NCBI RefSeq assembly: GCF_000406145.1
Contig: NZ_CM001976.1
Location: 3,614,232 to 3,646,231 of the forward strand
Direction: 5' to 3'
DNA from: Dickeya dadantii NCPPB 898
GTDB taxonomy: Bacteria; Pseudomonadota; Gammaproteobacteria; Enterobacterales; Enterobacteriaceae
Length of the DNA stretch: 32,000 nt
The position numbers and the translations under genes were made by a program. Within the stretch, counting starts at the first letter, position 1. Every line of letters begins with the position of its first letter. The notes beneath the pieces were generated by a model. The model made no database searches. It had not been told where the DNA came from and saw only the letters and a program-made list of their open reading frames with translations. Below are positions 29,008 through 32,000 of this stretch, in pieces.

Positions 29008-29115
29008 AAGATTAAAACAACCTTAAAAAACAATTTATCTCATTTATTTTTCGACTATCACAAAATAAAAAAAATAGAAAACACGCCAATAATCCCTACC
29101 GTCATTACCACAATA

Positions 29116-29141
29116 AAACAAAAAGCCCATCAGAGATGGGC
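29116..29141 (-). terminator. Orphan intrinsic terminator H4
   Basis: On the minus strand: GCCCAUC-UCU-GAUGGGC followed by UUUUUGUUUUAUU. The stems are at 29125-29131 and 29135-29141. The stem differs from H1-H3 by a compensated pair. Confidence 0.65.
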
Positions 29142-29497
29142 CAAATAAAAATGACAATCGAAAAAAATTCCTTACTCTATAACATGGCACTGCAGTCAAT
29201 TAATACTAAGTAAAAGTGTAACAGAAATCCGCCAACCTGCTCTGACAGCGTTCATTATTCTTCTGTTTTTGTGAGAATGCGCATCCTCCCCTGCCCGATA
29301 TCGGCAGCGTCGGCCCGTCACTGCGCTAAAACCGGTTTTTATTTCCAGCGGGTTTGCAGGTTTCCCCAGGCATCACGTACACTCGCCAGAAGACACGGCG
29401 ACTCCCGTTACAGAAAAGGGTTTACTTGCCTATTTCGAGCGGTTATCAAAAAAGCAGAACAGAGTTTGTCTCAGGTCAATCAGGAGGGGAAGAAAAC

Positions 29498-30010
29498 GTG
29501 CCACCTGCATTCTTACGTCGATCTGGCATTACGGATAATCACACCGATCGGCTCAGTAGTTCATTGGTCATTTTCCGTCCGGCGGATGTGCTGTTCGATT
29601 TGTGGCGCGACCCTAAAACGCTACCGGTGCTGATGAACCATGTCGCCCGCATCGATATCATCAATAGCACGGATTCTCTGTGGCGGATGAAAGCGCCGCT
29701 CGGCCAATATATTGAATGGCAGGCGCGTATCGTGGATGAGCAACCCGGCCAGTTTATTCACTGGCGCTCATTGCCTGGCGCCAGAATCCCGAACGAAGGA
29801 CGCCTCTCGTTTCGTCCCGCCCCGCACGGTGACGGCACCGAAGTGACCCTCAGTATTCGTTTCGATCCTCCTGGCGGTTTTTTGGGGCGCACCCTCAGCC
29901 AGGTGTTTCAGCTACTACCTAAAGAGATGTTGCACAAAACGCTGTTGCGCTTCAAACAGATGGCGGAACAGCCAGGTGCTGGAACAACGCCGCCGCCTGA
30001 TGAGCGTTGA
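29498..30010 (+). CDS. SRPBCC superfamily protein (cyclase/dehydrase, START-like fold)
   Basis: I place the start at GTG 29498, preceded by AGGAGGGGA (29482-29490). The resulting 170-aa protein shows the pattern I associate with bacterial cyclase/dehydrase SRPBCC proteins: F.LWRD...LP..M.H, W...AP.G..IEW.A.I..E.P...I.WRSL.G, F.PAP.G.GTEV and DPPGG. The longer ORF-track start (29354) adds a basic, non-homologous extension. Confidence 0.7.
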   Translation: MPPAFLRRSGITDNHTDRLSSSLVIFRPADVLFDLWRDPKTLPVLMNHVARIDIINSTDSLWRMKAPLGQYIEWQARIVDEQPGQFIHWRSLPGARIPNEGRLSFRPAPHGDGTEVTLSIRFDPPGGFLGRTLSQVFQLLPKEMLHKTLLRFKQMAEQPGAGTTPPPDER

Positions 30011-30041
30011 TCCCGTCTTTATTCTGCGACAGGCATAAAAG

Positions 30042-30074
30042 ACAGACGGCGGGAAAACCCCGCCGTCTGTTTTA
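30042..30074. terminator. Bidirectional intrinsic terminator between the SRPBCC gene and the cytochrome b561 gene
   Basis: A 12-bp stem, acagacggcggg (30042-30053) / cccgccgtctgt (30059-30070), has loop aaaac. It is flanked by AAAA upstream and TTTT downstream. Confidence 0.85.
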
Positions 30075-30090
30075 TCAACAACCATCGATA

Positions 30091-30624
30091 TTATTTCTTG
30101 TTAGGCATCATCCGCAGCAGCGTATCGTCGCGCACCACATAGTGATGATACAAGGCGGCTACCGCGTGAAGCCCTACCAGGAAATACCCGGCGTTGGCAA
30201 TCAGCTCGTGGATGTTCAGCAATATCTGCTTGATATCTTCATTCGATTCGGCAGCGAACGGCATCGCAATACCGAATATCGACCAGTCGGCGCCGCGATA
30301 GTACATGCCCAGCACACCCAGCACCGGCAACGCCAGGAACATCAGATAAAGAAAGCCATGCACGGCATGGGATGCGATCACCAGCAGTCGTCCCGGTGGT
30401 GGCGTGATGGGCGGAGTAGGATGGCGAAAGCGCTGTACAACCCGCAGGATCATCAACACCCACACGGACACGCCGCAGCTGTAATGAATAGTCGACATCA
30501 GCGCTCGCGCACTACTCCCGCGCGGAGCAAAACCACGTAGCTCCATAGCGGCATAAGTGACTATTACCAGCAGCAATACCAGCCAGTGCAACACAATCTG
30601 AGATGAGTGATACTTGGTCTTCAT
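30091..30624 (-). CDS. Cytochrome b561 family protein (CybB/YodB/YceJ-like)
   Basis: From ATG 30624 (SD GAAGGA upstream) the protein MKTKYHSSQIVLHWLVLLLVI... is 177 aa. It has four predicted TM helices with conserved His residues (HW, IHYS, HAVHG, GLHA..ALYHH), typical of the bacterial b561 family. Confidence 0.8.
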   Translation of the reverse strand: MKTKYHSSQIVLHWLVLLLVIVTYAAMELRGFAPRGSSARALMSTIHYSCGVSVWVLMILRVVQRFRHPTPPITPPPGRLLVIASHAVHGFLYLMFLALPVLGVLGMYYRGADWSIFGIAMPFAAESNEDIKQILLNIHELIANAGYFLVGLHAVAALYHHYVVRDDTLLRMMPNKK

Positions 30625-30636
30625 GGAATTCCTTCT

Positions 30637-30652
30637 CTGTATGAGCATACAA
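30637..30652. promoter_or_regulatory. LexA-box-like palindrome immediately upstream of the cytochrome b561 SD
   Basis: CTGTATGAGCATACAA (plus strand) matches the E. coli recA operator core CTGTATGAGCATACAG at 15 of 16 positions. One half-site has the critical CAG replaced by CAA. Confidence 0.35.
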
Positions 30653-30744
30653 TCAGTGTGTGAATATAAAACGCATACAGCCTAACTTCACTATCTTAAG
30701 CTAGCATTAGTTTTTATCCGGCAGCAGCGAAACGTTCTTTTGGA

Positions 30745-30776
30745 CAAAAAAATCCCGCCTTAATGGGAAGGCGGGA
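30745..30776 (-). terminator. Intrinsic terminator about 235 nt downstream of the LysE-family gene
   Basis: A 9-bp stem, tcccgcctt (30753-30761) / aaggcggga (30768-30776), has loop aatggg. On the minus strand it is followed by U8 (plus-strand A8 at 30745-30752). Confidence 0.7.
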
Positions 30777-31010
30777 AAAATGACTACTCTCTGACAGGGA
30801 TAAATAACACAACATCAACAAGGGTTGAGACAAACATTACCAGCTTCAGTGTATAGAACTGTCATCTGTCGGTAAGGTTGGTTGGCGGGATGTAAGTCGA
30901 ATTTGACAGGGATAACAGCGTCGAACAGGAGCCGTCGGCCAGGCAAAGAAACGGCAAAAGCGCCCAAGGCATAGAGGGAGGGCGGCCAACGCTGACCGCC
31001 TGCGCGCGCA

Positions 31011-31646
31011 TCAGCGCCGACTATCCACCAGCATCCTTACCGCCAGCCCGGCCAACACCGTTCCCATCAGCCAGCGCTGAACACGTTGCCACAACGGGCG
31101 CTCTGCCAGAAAGGCGGCGATGTACCCTGCCGCCATCACCAGCGACGCATTGACCGTCATGCTGATAGCGATTTGGGTGATGCCCAGCGTCAGCGACTGC
31201 GCCAGCACACTCCCCTGCTCCGGGCGAATAAATTGCGGCAGCAGAGAAAGGTAAAGTATCGCAGCTTTAGGATTCAGCAGGTTGGTGACAAGCCCCATGA
31301 CAAACAGGCGGCGATTGCTGTCCGGTTTCAGTTCGCGCAGTTGGAAAGGCGATGCGCCACCGCGCACAGCCTGCCAGGCCAGCCACAGCAAATAACACGC
31401 GCCGGCGATTCGCAGCACGTCGTAGGCTAGCGGCACGGCCATCATGATGGCGGTAATACCGAGCGCTGCAGCGCTCATATAGAACAGGAACCCCAGCGCG
31501 ACGCCGGATAACGACACCAGGCCGGCTCGCCGCCCCTGACAGACGGTACGCGAGAGCAGATAAATCATATTCGGACCGGGCGTCAACACCAGACCTAACG
31601 CAACTGCGGCAAACGGTAACAACTGGGATGAACTGACCATCATCAA
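31011..31646 (-). CDS. LysE/RhtB family amino-acid exporter
   Basis: The 211-aa protein has 5-6 TM helices and the N-terminal signature LLPFAAVALGLVLTPGPNMIYLLSRTV.QGRRAG typical of LysE/RhtB translocators. The exact start among the three leading Met codons is uncertain. Confidence 0.8.
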   Translation of the reverse strand: MMMVSSSQLLPFAAVALGLVLTPGPNMIYLLSRTVCQGRRAGLVSLSGVALGFLFYMSAAALGITAIMMAVPLAYDVLRIAGACYLLWLAWQAVRGGASPFQLRELKPDSNRRLFVMGLVTNLLNPKAAILYLSLLPQFIRPEQGSVLAQSLTLGITQIAISMTVNASLVMAAGYIAAFLAERPLWQRVQRWLMGTVLAGLAVRMLVDSRR

Positions 31647-31747
31647 ACCTCGGCAAACAGCAGACAGCCCTCAGGTGTAACTGTTTTTGCAAACCGCCTC
31701 AATCTCATTTCGTACCTGCCGTCATCATGACATTGCGCCGCCGCCGA

Positions 31748-32000
31748 TTACTCTTCCGGCGGGTAGCGGTAATCCCAGCGGAAAAAACCGTGATCCTGAA
31801 ACGAGCCGGACAGCAACGACTGTTTGCGTGTTTTGACATAGTTCGGCGGCGGACAGGTGACGTTGCACATCCAATAACCGGGAAACCAGCCTCCCATGCC
31901 GGGCAGCCGCGCTATTTTCGCATCCAGCGGGTTAAGCTCCGGCAACGAGTAATAAACGAATTCACCGATAGAGTGCTCAATCCACTCTTCAGCGACCCCC
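31748..32000 (-). CDS. C-terminal part of an unidentified protein (ORF open to the window edge)
   Basis: The frame has no stop from 32000 down to the TAA at 31748-31750 (...GVAEEWIEHSIGEFVYYSLPELNPLDAKIARLPGMGGWFPGYWMCNVTCPPPNYV...RYPPEE*). The ORF-track start at 31945 is an internal TTG. I do not recognise the family. Confidence 0.5.
   Translation of the reverse strand, partial: GVAEEWIEHSIGEFVYYSLPELNPLDAKIARLPGMGGWFPGYWMCNVTCPPPNYVKTRKQSLLSGSFQDHGFFRWDYRYPPEE

Larger units (their letters stand above)
28514..29141 (-). repeat. Tandem array of four hairpin-terminated units (about 185-210 bp period) in an AT-rich island with no ORF of 60 aa or more
   Basis: Four related hairpins (see the individual entries) have stem starts at 28522, 28729, 28913 and 29125. 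A 29-nt block, aaaaaaaagcccaccaactggtgggcaaa, is identical in the first two. The ORF track shows no ORF of 60 aa or more in any frame between 28016 and 29270. Confidence 0.8.

Noticed and set aside
29058-29105. A 15-codon, very hydrophobic minus-strand sORF (MTVGIIGVFSIFFIL*) lies right after terminator H4 and resembles type I toxins such as Ibs.
   Set aside because: It has no convincing SD. The homologous segment of the paralogous unit (about 28690-28715) is interrupted (GTG GGT TAA). The minus strand here is T-rich, so Phe/Ile/Leu-rich reading frames arise by composition alone. It stays a remote alternative for the array.
28514-29141. Could the four repeated palindromic hairpins be a CRISPR array or an integron attC array?
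   Set aside because: The repeat spacing is about 185-210 bp, not the 60-70 bp period of CRISPR. The intervening segments are partly homologous to each other. No cas gene, leader or integrase is present in the window, and no R'/R'' attC core sites are evident.
28750-29213. Two plus-strand 20-codon sORFs both begin MT a few nt after hairpins H2 and H4: 28750-28812 (MTLFSGMKHPEDTGWRRSAA) and 29151-29213 (MTIEKNSLLYNMALQSINTK).
   Set aside because: The peptides share nothing beyond the first two residues. No equivalent exists after H1 or H3. The only SD-like sequence is the hairpin arm itself. The equal length looks coincidental.
28787-29239. An 11-nt perfect reverse-complement match, caggttggcgg (28787-28797) versus ccgccaacctg (29229-29239), could suggest pairing between two units of the array.
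   Set aside because: The 9-nt core also occurs in the bamD coding sequence (6043-6051) and at 30881-30889, so it is not rare in this genome. One copy is simply an arm plus flank of a local GC hairpin (28793-28809). I cannot exclude chance.

Overview
This window is chromosomal core sequence from an Enterobacterales genome. I assigned genes by recalling E. coli K-12 orthologues; no database search was possible. Gene order follows two K-12 blocks joined at about 17.5 kb. Block 1 runs from the rrn operon start (16S 5' end with P1/P2 promoters and boxA) through clpB, pgeF(yfiH), rluD, bamD, raiA, pheL-pheA, tyrA-aroF, yfiL and rplS-trmD-rimM-rpsP to ffh and ypjD. Block 2 runs luxS, MicA sRNA, gshA, yqaA-yqaB, a tRNA operon (Ser-GCU plus three Arg-ACG), csrA, alaS, recX-recA and pncC. 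All housekeeping genes look intact. Many classical regulatory elements can be read directly: the Phe attenuator, TyrR boxes, the recA SOS box, a sigma32-type clpB promoter, a sigmaE-type micA promoter and stringent-type rRNA/tRNA promoters. Accessory content is limited. A class I SAM methyltransferase sits where K-12 has yfiR-dgcN-yfiB. From about 27.5 kb onward there is a GNAT acetyltransferase, an SRPBCC (cyclase/dehydrase-like) protein, a cytochrome b561, a LysE-family exporter and a partial unknown ORF. I saw no mobile element, CRISPR array, cas gene or recognisable defence system. The one stretch the gene models do not explain is an AT-rich island with no ORF of 60 aa or more (about 28.0-29.5 kb). 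It carries four tandem, near-identical intrinsic-terminator hairpins about 200 bp apart, all oriented for the minus strand, with no gene for them to terminate. Alternate units are diverged paralogues sharing a covarying stem. This is my best candidate for something undescribed, for example a tandem sRNA array, but it rests on sequence inspection only.
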